From Octopus sinensis (lineage: Eukaryota), in assembly GCF_006345805.1 (NCBI RefSeq), contig NC_043007.1, positions 15,438,001 to 15,502,000 of the forward strand: 64,000 nt of DNA, read 5' to 3'. Below are positions 1 to 12,219 of the stretch, piece after piece. Below the pieces are notes generated by a model. It worked only from the letters and a program-made list of their open reading frames with translations. It searched no databases and had not been told where the DNA came from. The first letter of the stretch is position 1. Each line of letters opens with the position of its first letter. The position numbers were made by a program, and so were the translations under genes.

Positions 1-490
1 TATTTCAGTCATTATTTATAATTCCATACATTCTTTATATTTATTCTTTTGTATCGCTCTATATATGCTTTATGCTTTGTATAATGGTACATTAAGGAAC
101 TTATTTTATGAATACCACTGTATTAGCTCAATCCATATATTGTGAATTATATATATATAAGATATATTATAAATGATTAAGTTGAATATATCAATGGCCA
201 AACATGTTATCATAAAACATGTAGACTTATATATATCGAAACACGCAATGAGTCGAAACAGGGGCAGCTGAAGAAGGGGAATGTCCCCTCTGTTGTTTGT
301 CTTGTATTCTGCTTTTTCGTTGTTAAAAAAAGTCCGTTTCCTTGTTTTGCCTCTATGTTTTCGTTTCTCGTCGTGTTCTACGTTTATTTATGGTGTCCTG
401 TACTCATATATGCATGTATATATACGTATAGATGTAGGTATGTACATATATGTATGTATGTATGCATATGTTTTATTTATTAAATTGCTA

Positions 491-542
<52 letters not shown>

Positions 543-689
543 TATGTATGTATGTATGTATAGGCGTGTGCCAACGGAGTTAATCCGTAAGTGCTGCCGA
601 ATAGTAATACAGAAATGTGTATATAAACTCATGTTTTTCTTATATGCATGTACGTAAGCATACACTAATACACAAGGCAGATGCAGAGA

Positions 690-830
690 GGAGGCGCTAA
701 GCTTAGTGGTTAGGGTGTTGGGCTCGTGATCGTAAGGTTCTGGACAGTGCGACGTGTTGTGTGCTTGAACAAAATACTTCATTTGACGTTGCTCCAGTCC
801 ACTCAGATGGCAAAAATGTGTAATCCTGCG
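690..830 (+). mobile_element. Degraded tRNA-derived SINE, family D (Meta/CORE-like central segment)
   Basis: GAGGCGCTAAGCTTAGTGGTTAGGGTG A-box head followed by TTGTGTGCTTGAACAAAATACTTCATTTGACGTTGCTCCAGTCCAC; aligns by eye with the copy at 45712-45950. Confidence 0.75.
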
Positions 831-1919
831 ACAGATCAGCTAAGCTACAACTGTCTTAGGTAAAGGTGGAAGTTACTGTCTCAAGTTATGCCGAGAAAAT
901 AGCTTCCAGCTTCACGCAAGGCAGCGGCAGCATAGCTCTACGTCTATCTCAACTTTTGAAAATCAGAGAAACCTGTAAAACAGGTTAAGTCTTTAAAAGT
1001 TTAAAAGTAAAAAATCTAAACGAATCCCAGTACATTTTCGACATTTTTGTTCTATATTTGTTCCCGTGCGGAATAAAGTATATATATATATATATATATA
1101 AGTAGAAAGTAATGTAAAAATATTACGAAGGATATATTATAAATAGTTAAGATTATTTATGAATATATCAATGGCCAAACATGTCATCAAAAAACATGAA
1201 AAGTCACAATTATAACTAAGAGGATTGAAAAAAAACTCTTACATGTTAGAAATAGTAGCTAAAACCGCTATAAAACCGTTATATCACTCATATCATTTCT
1301 CCTCACGATAACAATTGTCTTCTGGCGACATGGCAAATAAAATCCACAACTTGAAAAAATAATTGGTTAATTCCCTTTTGCAATTTTGGCGTTAGGGACC
1401 ACTTAAGGGACCCATTGGCCTCGTCAGGGGAAAAATTCCTATAGATAGAAATCAAAATAAGACTTTACCTTAGGGGTTAGCATGAATTCCCGACCGGCAA
1501 TAGAAATGTTTTCACCTCTATCTACACAATCAAGTTTTGAATTCAAATGCCATGCACAACGTTTGTGTGTGTGTGTGTGAGTGTGCGCGCGCATATTTAT
1601 ATAGCTACATATTGTGCGAAGAAAATTTTAGTGGTTACTTTTTTAGTATGTAGCATCCATTGGAAATTTCGACGGAGGCCACATAATTGAAACTTCGAAG
1701 TAAGTGTTAAACTTCTCGTAAAAGCTTACTAAATATGTAAATATACTTAATCTTATTAATATGTGATTGTCAAGTGTAATGCTTGACTATTTATATATGT
1801 AACTATTCAAGAAAAATATACATTTATGCATATACACTCACAGACGTATATTCACGTTTGACTGAAAACATCGTAAAATACTTAGATTTTTCTAAAATTT
1901 TCTCTAGAATGGCACATTG

Positions 1920-1972
<53 letters not shown>

Positions 1973-2087
1973 TATATTTATATATTTATATATATATATA
2001 TATATATTGCGCACGCGCGTGATATGCAAGTATATTAAATTTTTCTTGTGAGCAAATACATGCATATGCATATATGTAACATTTATA

Positions 2088-2168
<81 letters not shown>

Positions 2169-2779
2169 TGAGAGAGAGAGAGACCGTTACATTTCCCTTG
2201 TGAGTAAAGTATGCAAGTTTATAGACCAAACTGATACATACTTCTGTAATGGTTTAACAAACATGGACAGCCAGTATTCTCGTCAATTTCATTTATACAT
2301 GTGTGTGAAATATTAATTTTTGCCTTGACTGAACCTTTATAAAACTTATAAAATATATTTTCCAATGGTTCCACCTGGAAAGTTATTAACATTGCCAAGC
2401 ATTATGTAACTGCTGTAATGTTCCATTTGAATATCTGTTAATCGACATATAGAACCATAGCCTAAGAGAGGAAGAAGTTTGACATTTTATTAGAGAAGAA
2501 AAGTTTTAGTGATTTCTATGGGGAATCGACGGCCGTAACGCAGTATGGGTGAGCGTTGTAGGAATGACAGCTTTGTTAGGTTGTTCGCTAGTTCAGAAAA
2601 TGTACGTCTCTTTTCTGCGAAATATATATTTTTGACGTATTAGTGTCTGTAACTATTTATCTTCAACGATAAATTACCAGATTATAGCCTAATACTTGAG
2701 TCAGACAGCATATCGGACGTATCACATAACCCGTTCTGCCGTCAGTATTCTTAGCTGTACACGCACTATTCAGTGTGGC

Positions 2780-3060
2780 AGCTTGTGTCTTACGGACCCT
2801 GAGAGCTATGCCAGCGGAGTGCTAGCTCCTTACAGTCCCCATCCATACTGGACAGGTCAAGGAATGGAAGGCAGAATAATTTGGGGCTCCCTTCCCAGCG
2901 GTAAATGTGAGTTTGCACAAGGCCAACATCTCTTTCAATCAAACTAAAAAGAAGAGTTACAGGAACATATTTGACAGTTCAGACATCAAGACCTGGAAGA
3001 AGACAAGCCCAGAGTCAAGAACAGCGGAGAATGGCCTTCGATATTCTATGCCCCAAACGC
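2780..3060 (+). pseudogene. Possible highly degraded RTE-type LINE RT C-terminal fragment
   Basis: Translation YWTGQGMEGRIIWGSLPSGK resembles the RTE motif W.GHV.RM..GR.PK.ILYG.L..GK; several stops follow. Eyeball match only. Confidence 0.4.
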
Positions 3061-4656
3061 TGCGAATGGTTTTAGTAACTAAGGACTACATTGATCACTG
3101 AGTCATTCCTTAAATATTCACCGTAATTCAGAAAATTGGCTTTTTATAAATGTAGCATCTTCAGTTGGCCTGGGAACTTTAAATCATTCAGACTTGTCGA
3201 TATAAACAATTTAGTATATTCCTGTTAAAAATTCATAAAATTCTGCCAAAAATTAAAACGAGCAATATAGAAAATAACATAACGTTTTGCTGGCTATTTT
3301 CAGCTTCTGCTTTATGTATTATATTAATTTAATGGTGTAAATAATTCATTGCTATTAGCAAGTTCGTCTACTGTCTATTGTAGTGTATAGGTGTACTATT
3401 AGTTTCTTATTACAGAAGACAAAACAAATTTCAGAAAAGGGGAGATGGTTTATAGTATTTTCCTCGCAAACAAGTGTCCCTATGAAATTTCAGCAGAGTT
3501 GCAAGCATATATACGCACATACATTTATACATGTACAGACACACACACACACACAGACGCACACACGCGCACGCGAATACATACATACATAATTGCCTCA
3601 TTTTGGCAGATGATAGACGCCTCACTTTTAACCTGATTAGTCTGAATGACGTTCTTCCATGAATGTACGCAGAGAAGGCAAGCATCCATCACCATGCGCC
3701 TTCATAAAATACAAAATGAACTAAGAAATGATAGTGAAACATCTGTACGTCGTTGGACTTTAATACAAAAAGCTTTTACAACGCTTTTGATAGTCTCTGG
3801 GTCGTCATAGTAAGTTCCTCTAACAAGCATTTCGAAATGACTAATATTATAACTGCGATGTATATGTCACTGTATCTTTCACTTAGAGGGCCTACCTTCC
3901 CCACAGCTATGCCAAAAATAATGGGCTCTTCCTCCACTCCTTTGAAATCTATTTAATCCTGGCAGGTACTAGCATTCTGGGTCAAGATGTATCTGGGAGT
4001 AATGGTAATTAAGGAGTGACTCAAAGCTCCCAACAACTCCAGGATTGGAGCCTCATTACTGGATGCACTTTAATACCTAGGTATGCAAATTAGTGGCTCC
4101 AGTCTGTCGTAGCTACAGAATTTGTTGAGTATATAAACAGATAGGCATTTTGTTTCACTACGATTGGTCAAATTCAAATAAACACCTCTGATGAGAGTTC
4201 AATAAGATGCGAAAATCGTCTAAGGTTATTTATCAGTTTTTCCAGTCTACGGAGAAATAGCTAAGTTAGCTTTGTGTATAAATCGACAATAAAGGTTACA
4301 TGTATAAATACATACGTACCTACATGCTTACGAATGTAGGTGCGTCATACTTACATATACACATACTCTTTCATATATTATAAGTCAGACACGGGAAAGT
4401 AAACACAGGTAGCTTTGACAATAAAATTTTATAAATTTATTGGTCTGTTTTCAGCGAAGGGAAAATGTTATGAGAATAATTATTTATTGCAATATACAAA
4501 AACTGAATAATTCTTGGGAAATGCATGAATCATAACTGCAAGTAAAATGTGGAAAATTAAAATTTTCATTTAAGAAATATGAATATAAGAATCGTCTACC
4601 AAATTAATTTTGGTGGGCAGAAACTGTGTGGTACATTTTCACCTTGGTTTCATGTT

Positions 4657-4683
<27 letters not shown>

Positions 4684-4687
<4 letters not shown>

Positions 4688-4815
4688 CACTCCTGTCAGA
4701 ACCTGGGACCTTGAAGACTGCTTTAATGCAAGAAAGTATACTAGTCCATTAATATTCGGTATTCAATATTTCATCTATTCAATAAGACAATCAATACTTC
4801 ATTTCATTTTACTAT
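4684..4815 (+). mobile_element. Short Penelope-like terminal-repeat fragment with hammerhead-like motif, inserted in (TA)n
   Basis: TGGGAC-CTTGAAGA-CTGC..GCAA-GAAA-GTATACT-A-GTCCA at 4704-4748; flanked by TA repeats. Confidence 0.45.
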
Positions 4816-4906
4816 ATATACTATTTATACTATATATTCTATATTCTACGTTAATATTATAAGAATATAAAAAACATAAAAAACAGACAGAGATGGAATT
4901 CCTTTG

Positions 4907-4943
<37 letters not shown>

Positions 4944-5059
4944 GTATTATTTATATATATATATATATAGGAAGAGTTTACGAAAAAAACAAAAGACGAA
5001 GACAGGTGGTGTACAAAACAAACAGATGTATTAGTATAACGCTCAGGAATAGAAAAAGT

Positions 5060-5103
<44 letters not shown>

Positions 5104-5434
5104 TATACGTACATGCACAAACACACACGCATACTCATACACACACATATTCGAGCCTGTACATGCTTAACTATACAGGTGTTTGCCAATATTTAAATAA
5201 AGGCATATGTATACAAACAAATAGACATACCGATTTGTATATTGGCAGGTCTACAAATTGGCATGTCAATATATTTGTTTACATATCACTTTATGTATTG
5301 ACTAAAACCTTTATGCTTGCGTCCATACATAGGTAGATAAACATATGTGCATGAATCACTAATTATATATACATTTTATATATTTTATGTTTTTTCTAGA
5401 ATGCCGTTTTTATCATCCGTTTTATTATTGTACT

Positions 5435-5536
5435 TACTAACCCTTTTCATTTTCCCTTTTTTTCTCTTCTTTCCTTTCTTTCTTTGTCGTTGCAGTTGTT
5501 CTCAAGCATAAAAATACCTGGTGATTCATTGTAAGT
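5435..5536 (+). other. Candidate 35-nt spliceosomal exon (5496-5530) with branch point, polypyrimidine tract and donor
   Basis: Perfect TACTAAC at 5435-5441, about 45 nt of pyrimidines, TGCAG acceptor ending at 5495, GTAAGT donor at 5531-5536. Only one frame is open (LFSSIKIPGDS). Confidence 0.6.
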
Positions 5537-5895
5537 AATGTTTAAGAGTATTGCAGAAGTTTCTGTTTCTCACAAAACCGAATTATGTACGTGGAATATG
5601 ATTTCGCATGCATCTGTTTGCGTGCGTGTGTATTCGTGCGTGTTTGTTAAAGGATTAGGGATGTTGTTATATAATCTACCGAACAACTTGTCAATCACCA
5701 ATAAATACTCGCTTTCCTTAAGTCCCGAAATTCTGTGCTTTTAAAGTCTTCAATATTTGTTTCTTTCCTAGTACTGCATACAATGGCGTTGTCATTGTTT
5801 TGTAGCCCCATATCAAGTTGCACTACCTGTTACAATCCATCTTTCTGTATATTTATGCGGAAATTATTCACTATATATATATATATATATATATA

Positions 5896-6143
5896 TACCG
5901 GAGTAAACACATACATGTGAAACGAGGTGGAAAAAAGAGTACTCAAATACCAGAGGTAGAGTAATATGGTTTATTTAAAGCAGCAGAAATTCAACAAAAG
6001 CTGTTACTCGGAGTTTCCCGTTCCCGTTCGTCGGACAATTTTGTTAAAATAGAATTTTAAAATAAAATTTTAACAAAACTGTCCGACGAACGGGAACCTG
6101 AAACTCCGAGTAGCAGCTTTTGAATTTCTGCTGCTTTTAAATA
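5896..6143. mobile_element. Penelope-like terminal repeat plus inverted partial copy (about 78-bp-arm palindrome) with two hammerhead-like motifs
   Basis: 5972-6050 is the near-perfect reverse complement of 6067-6143. Each arm reads CCGACGA-ACG GGAA C(G/C)(G/T)-GAAA-CTCCGAGT-A. (TA)n on both sides. Confidence 0.7.
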
Positions 6144-6237
6144 TATATATATAATACATATATATACATGATGTATGTATGTATATAGATATATAATATA
6201 TATACATGATATGTTATATCTATATATTATATATATA

Positions 6238-6280
<43 letters not shown>

Positions 6281-6320
6281 ATATTATATATATATGTGTG
6301 TTATATATATATATATATAG

Positions 6321-6390
<70 letters not shown>

Positions 6391-6603
6391 TCACATATAT
6401 ATATATATATATATAATATATATATATATACACACTATATATATATATGTGTGTAATATATATATATATATATATATATGATTATATATATATATATATA
6501 TCTATATATATATATGTTAATGTATGTGTATATATTAATTATATATATATATATATATATATAATATGTATATATATATGTATATATATTATATATGTAT
6601 ATG
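6141..6603. repeat. Interrupted (TA)n microsatellite
   Basis: About 460 bp of TA repeats with sporadic TG/CA interruptions. Confidence 0.95.
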
Positions 6604-6605
6604 TA

Positions 6606-6770
6606 GGCGCAGGAGTGGCTGTTTGGTAAGTGACTGGCTTACTAACCACATGGTTCCGGGTTCAGTTCCACTGCGTGGCACCTTGGGCAAGTGTGTTGCA
6701 CTATAGCCTCGGCTGACCAAAGCCTTGTGAGTGGATTTGGTAGACGGAAACAGAAAGAGAGCCCATTGTA
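6606..6770 (+). mobile_element. tRNA-derived CORE-like SINE, family A, 5' half
   Basis: GGCGCAGGAGTGGCTGT head, GGTTCAGTTCC B-box, GGCACCTTGGGCAAGT CORE-like motif; ends in the family's internal TA/TG microsatellite with no 3' half. Confidence 0.9.
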
Positions 6771-7266
6771 TATATGTATATGCATATATATATATGTGTG
6801 TGTGTGTGTGCGTGTGCGTGCGCGCGCGCATGTGTGAGTGTGTGTGTGTGTGTGTGTATGTATATCTAACTATACATGCATATATATGTTTATACGCGTG
6901 TATGTATAGTTGGGACATGCTATTCAAAGTGGGTAGAACCGACCGCTAGAGTTTATATGGGCACAGGATTCACTAGAGGCGATTGATGCCTCCATACAGT
7001 TTATTTTGGTATTTGTATTAACTTCAAAAACAAAACTTAATTTAATATGATAAACCGCCTGTAAGCCAAAATCGCACGACAATGTCCATAATGACGACAT
7101 CAGAAATAGTTATAATAGACTTCGAAATATGGATAAATAAATAAACGAAACCAAATATATATCATCTATGCAATAAGAAGAAATATAATTTAAAAAAGAC
7201 AATCCAAGTTTTGAATATTTACCTATATGCGAATAAAACGGTCACTGCACTTGTAGCTTTATGTAA

Positions 7267-7659
7267 TAATATAGGAGCACTCCGTCGGTTGCGACGATGA
7301 GGGTCCCAGCTGATACGATCAACGGAACAGCCTGCTCGTGAAATTAACGTGTAAATGGCTGAGCACTCCACAGACACGTGTACCCTTAACGTAGTTCTCG
7401 AGGAGATTCAGCGTGACACACAGAATGTGACAAGGTTGGCCCTTTGAAATACAGGTACAAGAGAAACGGGAAGAAAGAGCGAGAGAAAGTTGTGGTGAAA
7501 GAGTACAGCAGGTGGTTTACCACCATCCCCTGCCGGAACCTCGTGGAGCTTTAGGTGTTTTCGCTTAATAAACACTCATAATGCCCGGTCTGGGAATCGA
7601 AACAGCGATCCTCCGAACGCGAGTCCGCTGCCCAAACCACTGGGCCATTGCGCCTCCAC
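7267..7659 (-). mobile_element. Full-length tRNA-derived SINE, family B, with 12-bp TSD
   Basis: Minus-strand head GGAGGCGCAATGGCCCAGTGG, B-box GTTTCGATTCC; TSD AGCTTTATGTAA at 7255-7266 and 7660-7671; collinear with 14862-15243. Confidence 0.95.
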
Positions 7660-8420
7660 AGCTTTATGTAACAGCCTAACATGTTTATATATGTGTGACC
7701 TTACAAGTTTAAACATTAGAGATTCCATTCATGAGTGTTTGCTTGTCTCATAATTTGACCCGTGATGTGTCAACTCGCACTGGAGCAGTGAAATTAATGT
7801 GTGTTAACATACTGAAAACGCCACTCGTTTTGTGTTTAGGTACAATTATCAAACGGGATATAGTGACAAATTACAATTACTATCAACAGCTGGGTTTATA
7901 TATGAAGCACAATAAATATATTTCAGAGTTTGGCCGGAGCCACGCGTAAAAGGTTAAGTCCATAACTAAATTCAAAAGGTGATGCATTATAGAACGATGG
8001 TGCTATAAAAAATCACCTGGACTAAACTAGTATCCGAGACTAAAATACTCTAGGTTTGATAATAATTGTACGTACATTGAAACTGCATAGAGGAGGCTAT
8101 AAGATAGGTCTAAATGACTCCAAGTATTAGAAGGAAAGCAGGGACCTAAAGGATTTACACTGACCCAAATTTCGAAGTATTTTGACATGACAAGATGATT
8201 AATTTCATTTATGATACAATTCACCAAATGATATGATTCACCAATATAATTCATCAAATTTAAATACTCCATAAAAGACTGCTGCTGACAATTTTGCCGA
8301 TGAATCTTATCAGTATGTCGTTAAGGAAGTGTTAGCGAAAGGAGAGGAGTGATAGATAAAATAGTTTGAGAAAACTGTAGAAGAGTATGATTTCCGAGAG
8401 ATTTGGTTGCTATTTGTTAT

Positions 8421-9021
8421 TTCTTTATTGCCCACAAGAGGCTAAACACAGAGAGGACAAACAAGGACAGACAAACGGGTTAAGTCGATTACATCGACCC
8501 CAGTGCGTAACTGGTACTTAATTTATCGACCTCGAAAGGATGAAAGGCAAAGTCGACCTCGGCGGAATTTGAACTCAGAACGTAGCGGCAGACGAAATAC
8601 CTATTTCTTTACTACCCACAAGGGGCTAAACACAGTGGGGACAAACAAGGACAGACAAACGGATTAAGTCGATTATATTGACCCCAGTGCGTAACTGGTA
8701 CTTAATTTATCGACCCCGAAAGGATGAAAGGCAAAGTCGACCTCGGCGGAATTTGAACTCAGAACGTAGCGGCAGACGAAATACCTATTTCTTTACTACC
8801 CACAAGGGGCTAAACACAGAGAGGACAAACAAGGACAGACAAACGGATTAAGTCGATTACATCGACCCCAGTGCGTAACTGGTACTTAATTTATCGACCC
8901 AGAAAGGATGAAAGGCAAAGTAGACCTCGGCGGAATTTGAACTCAGAACGTAGAACCAGACAAAATACCGCCAAGCATTTCGCCCGGCGTGCTAACGTCT
9001 CTGCCAGCTCGCCGCCTTTGC
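8421..9021 (-). mobile_element. Nin/Deu-like SINE, family C1: one head plus three 184-bp units, 13-bp TSD
   Basis: TATTTCTTT unit starts at 8418, 8602 and 8786; single head ending GCCAGCTCGCCGCC at 9016; TSD TGCTATTTGTTAT at 8408-8420 and 9022-9034. Confidence 0.95.
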
Positions 9022-9289
9022 TGCTATTTGTTATAGACTGCATGACAGTTGGTTGGTCTGTGCTTTTCTCTTTGTGTGTAGTGTAAAAGTAGGAGATTCT
9101 GCAACTTACAGCAATATGTATAAACAGGAGAGATGGACTGAAATAGTCTTTAAAATACTGAACAAATGCTATAGGACACAAGGCACAGACTATTATGCTC
9201 TGGTTTAAAAAAAGTAATTGAGGTTGGTTTGAAGGTATTATTTTTCTGGAGTTGATAAAATAAAGTTCCAATTAATTGCTAGAGTCGAA

Positions 9290-9503
9290 GGCGGCAAGCT
9301 GGCAGAATCGCTAACCGCACCAGACAAATTGGTTTGCGAAATTTCTTCCTGCTCTTTACATTTTTTGTTCAAATTCCTCCGAGGCCTATTTTGACTTTCA
9401 TCTTTTTGTGGTAGATAAAATAAGTACAATTTGAATATTAGGATCGATATCATCGGCTAACCCCCTCCCTTCAAAATTGTTGGCCTTACTCCAAAATTAG
9501 AAA
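9290..9503 (+). mobile_element. Older Nin/Deu-like SINE, subfamily C2 (different 3' tail)
   Basis: GGCGGCAAGCTGGCAGAATCG head, GTTCAAATTCC B-box, degenerate central domain, TTGTTGGCCTTACTCCAAAATTAGAAA tail. Confidence 0.8.
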
Positions 9504-9999
9504 TATTTAATCAAGCTGTTCGCTCATCTAATATGTCTATTCTTGTTGCAATTTTTTAAAATAATTAAGAACAATAACTTTAGCAGAATCGTTAAAGCGT
9601 TAAACAAAATTGCTTGCGGTATTTAGTTACGGTAGTAGACAATCTGAGTCAAATCTCACTTGGTTGGGTTTGCCTTACCTTATTGAAAATGGATAAAATA
9701 AATACTTGCCAAATACTATGGTCAATTTAATCGAATTCACTCCCACCTTTTTTATGATAGTAATATATCCAAATAAACAACATGTTGACGGATGGCGAAA
9801 TGATTAAGGTGGTAGTTGAAACACCTTAAGATGTTTAGTGACCCCTCATAACTTGCTTCTGTCAAATTCTGCGAGTGTCACATTTGTGTTTCGTCCTTTC
9901 GTAGTCGATAAAAATTACCAGTAATATACTGCGGTATACTTTATGGAAAATATGCTTCAGACACCTCAAAAACTTATTGGTTCTTATATATACATGAAA

Positions 10000-10416
10000 A
10001 AAGGCGGCGAGCTGACAGAAACGTTAGTACGCCGGGCGAAATGCGTAGCCGTATTTCGTCTGCCGTTACGTTCTGAGTTCAAATTCCACCGAGGTCGACT
10101 TTGCTTTTCATCCGTTCGGCATCTATAAATAAGTACCAGTTACGCACTGGGGTCGATGTAATCGACTTAATCCATTTGTCTGTCCTTGTTTCTCCCCTCT
10201 GTGTTTAGCCCCTTGTGGGTAGTAAAGAAATATGTATTTCGTCTGTCGTCACGTTCTGAGTTCAAATTCTGCCGAGGTCGAGTTTGCTTTGCATCCTTTC
10301 GGGGTGGATAAATTAAGCACCAGTTACGCACTTGATTCGATATAATCAACTTAATCCGTTTGTCTGTCCTTGTTTGTCCCCTCCATGTTTAGCCCCTTGT
10401 GGAAAATAAAGAAATA
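10000..10416 (+). mobile_element. Family C1 SINE: head plus two units, 15-bp TSD
   Basis: GGCGGCGAGCTGACAGAA head; second unit starts after AAAGAAATAT-GTATTTCGTC; TSD TATATATACATGAAA at 9985-9999 and 10417-10431. Confidence 0.93.
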
Positions 10417-10717
10417 TATATATACATGAAAGTAGTGAGTGCCAAAAACAGTAAAATGGTGAATACAAAATCGCGTGGCAAGAAAGTATGTCCGTTTCCG
10501 TTTGCGGTATCTCTGATTTAGTATAAATGAATACTTTCACTTTTAAAATTAGGTGTATGTCTGCTTGTACTATTAACCCATTATTATCATTCTTTACGCC
10601 GCTTCCATCTCATTCCCAATATTCAACATCTCTATCCTCCCGCTCATCTCCATTATGATCATTATCAGTTTCATTACAACGGCCTTATCATCCATACCGT
10701 GAACCTCATCAATAATA

Positions 10718-11158
10718 TACTCTTTTTACTCTTTTACTTGTTTCAGTCATTTTGACTGCGGCCATGCTGGAGCACCGCCTTTAATCGAGCAACTCGACCC
10801 CGGGACTTATTCATTTTGTAAGCCCAGTACTTATTCTATCGGTCTCTTTTGCCGAACCGCTAAGTAACGGGGACATAAACATAGCAGCATCGGTTGTCAA
10901 GCAATGCTAGGGGGACAAACACAGACACACAAACACACACACACGCACATACACACACACACACGCACATATATATATATATATATATATACATATATAC
11001 GACGGGCTTCTTTCAGTTTCCGTCTACCAAATCCACTCACAAGGCTTTGGTCGGCCCGAGGCTATAGTAGAAGACACTTGCCCAAGATTCCACGCAGTGG
11101 GACTGAACCCGGAACCATGAGGTTGGTAAACAAGCTACTTACCACACAACCACTACTC
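10718..11158 (-). mobile_element. Full-length family A CORE-like SINE
   Basis: Reverse complement of the 37305-37758 copy, including the internal microsatellite and (GTAAAAGA)n tail. Confidence 0.93.
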
Positions 11159-11569
11159 ATAAACAGAAGGATAATACGTATTGATGTATCTTGAAGAACA
11201 CTTTAGCGGAAATGGAGCGCTACAAGGTGAAAGCAGCCGATAAAAATTTGTTGAAGCTTAGGAGATTAATTATGTGCTGGCACGAATTGTGTAGCCTTGA
11301 AAATTTTGACATTAAAGCATGATCTATTAAAGGCGAAACGGTTCCAAGACTGTGCGATGGCATTTATAAATAACTGTAAAAGAGGAATGGTACGATGGAA
11401 GTGAATATATAATGAAATAATAACAAAAGATAAAACAAAATATTAGCTCTACAGAAATTGCCAGAAAATATATAATAACAATTACAATAATAGGGAAATC
11501 CAAAATTGATAATGAAATAAAAGTGCTTAATGGTTTATCAGAATAAAAGAATAGTCAAATATAGAATTC

Positions 11570-11789
11570 TATTAAATGCACGCACGTACGCACGCGCACA
11601 CACACAAACACACATACACACTTACACACACACACATACAATGAATGTATGCATGCATTATGTATGCATGTATACATTTTTATACATATATATATATATA
11701 ATATTATTTGATATATATACATATATTATACATTATATATCTATACCTAACTATCTATCTATATCTACCTATCTATCTATCTATATCTA

Positions 11790-11825
<36 letters not shown>

Positions 11826-11827
11826 CA

Positions 11828-11870
<43 letters not shown>
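11570..11870. repeat. Compound (CA)n/(TA)n/(ATCT)n microsatellite
   Basis: Directly visible tandem repeats. Confidence 0.9.
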
Positions 11871-12219
11871 CACCTTATATAGCTAATATATCTGCATACA
11901 CATTCACATACTCACACGGGCACGTCCGCACATAATGATATGTATGAAGCGAAAAAAAAAAAACAATATATACATGGTTAAACGGAAATTTGATGAAACA
12001 TCACTCGGAATTTCATATAGAACTGATTGCGAACATTATCTCTCCCCGCTTTATCATTATATCATTACATCTCTTTCATTTCCTCTCCCTTTTGTCTCTG
12101 TCTCTCTGACTGTCGGTCTCTCTGTCTTCCTGCCCCTCTCTCTGTTTGTCTTGTTTTGGCTTGATACCTAATTTTTTTCTCTGCCATTTTACGTGCACGT
12201 GTGCCACTGTACTTACACA

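Noticed and set aside
245-300. GAAAC...CTGAAGAAGGGGAATGTCCCC as a hammerhead
   Set aside because: No GAAA follows the putative stem II, and no permuted topology gives consistent stems.
1395-1435. Minus-strand CTGACGA-GGCC core
   Set aside because: No downstream GAAA box or closing stems.
6606-6680. tRNA-like heads (also 7600-7657, 45712, 52310-52390, 62809) as tRNA genes
   Set aside because: A and B boxes are present, but no full cloverleaf or acceptor stem could be formed, and each runs into a SINE body.
8418-8970. Regularly spaced repeats suggesting a CRISPR-like array
   Set aside because: Whole 184-bp units repeat with no unique spacers, no cas genes are present, and the context is eukaryotic.
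8871-9086. Recurrent MRNWYLIYRPRKDERQSRPRRNLNSE-type ORFs (also 10167, 33570, 36972, 45320)
   Set aside because: These are translations of the family C SINE, not a protein family.
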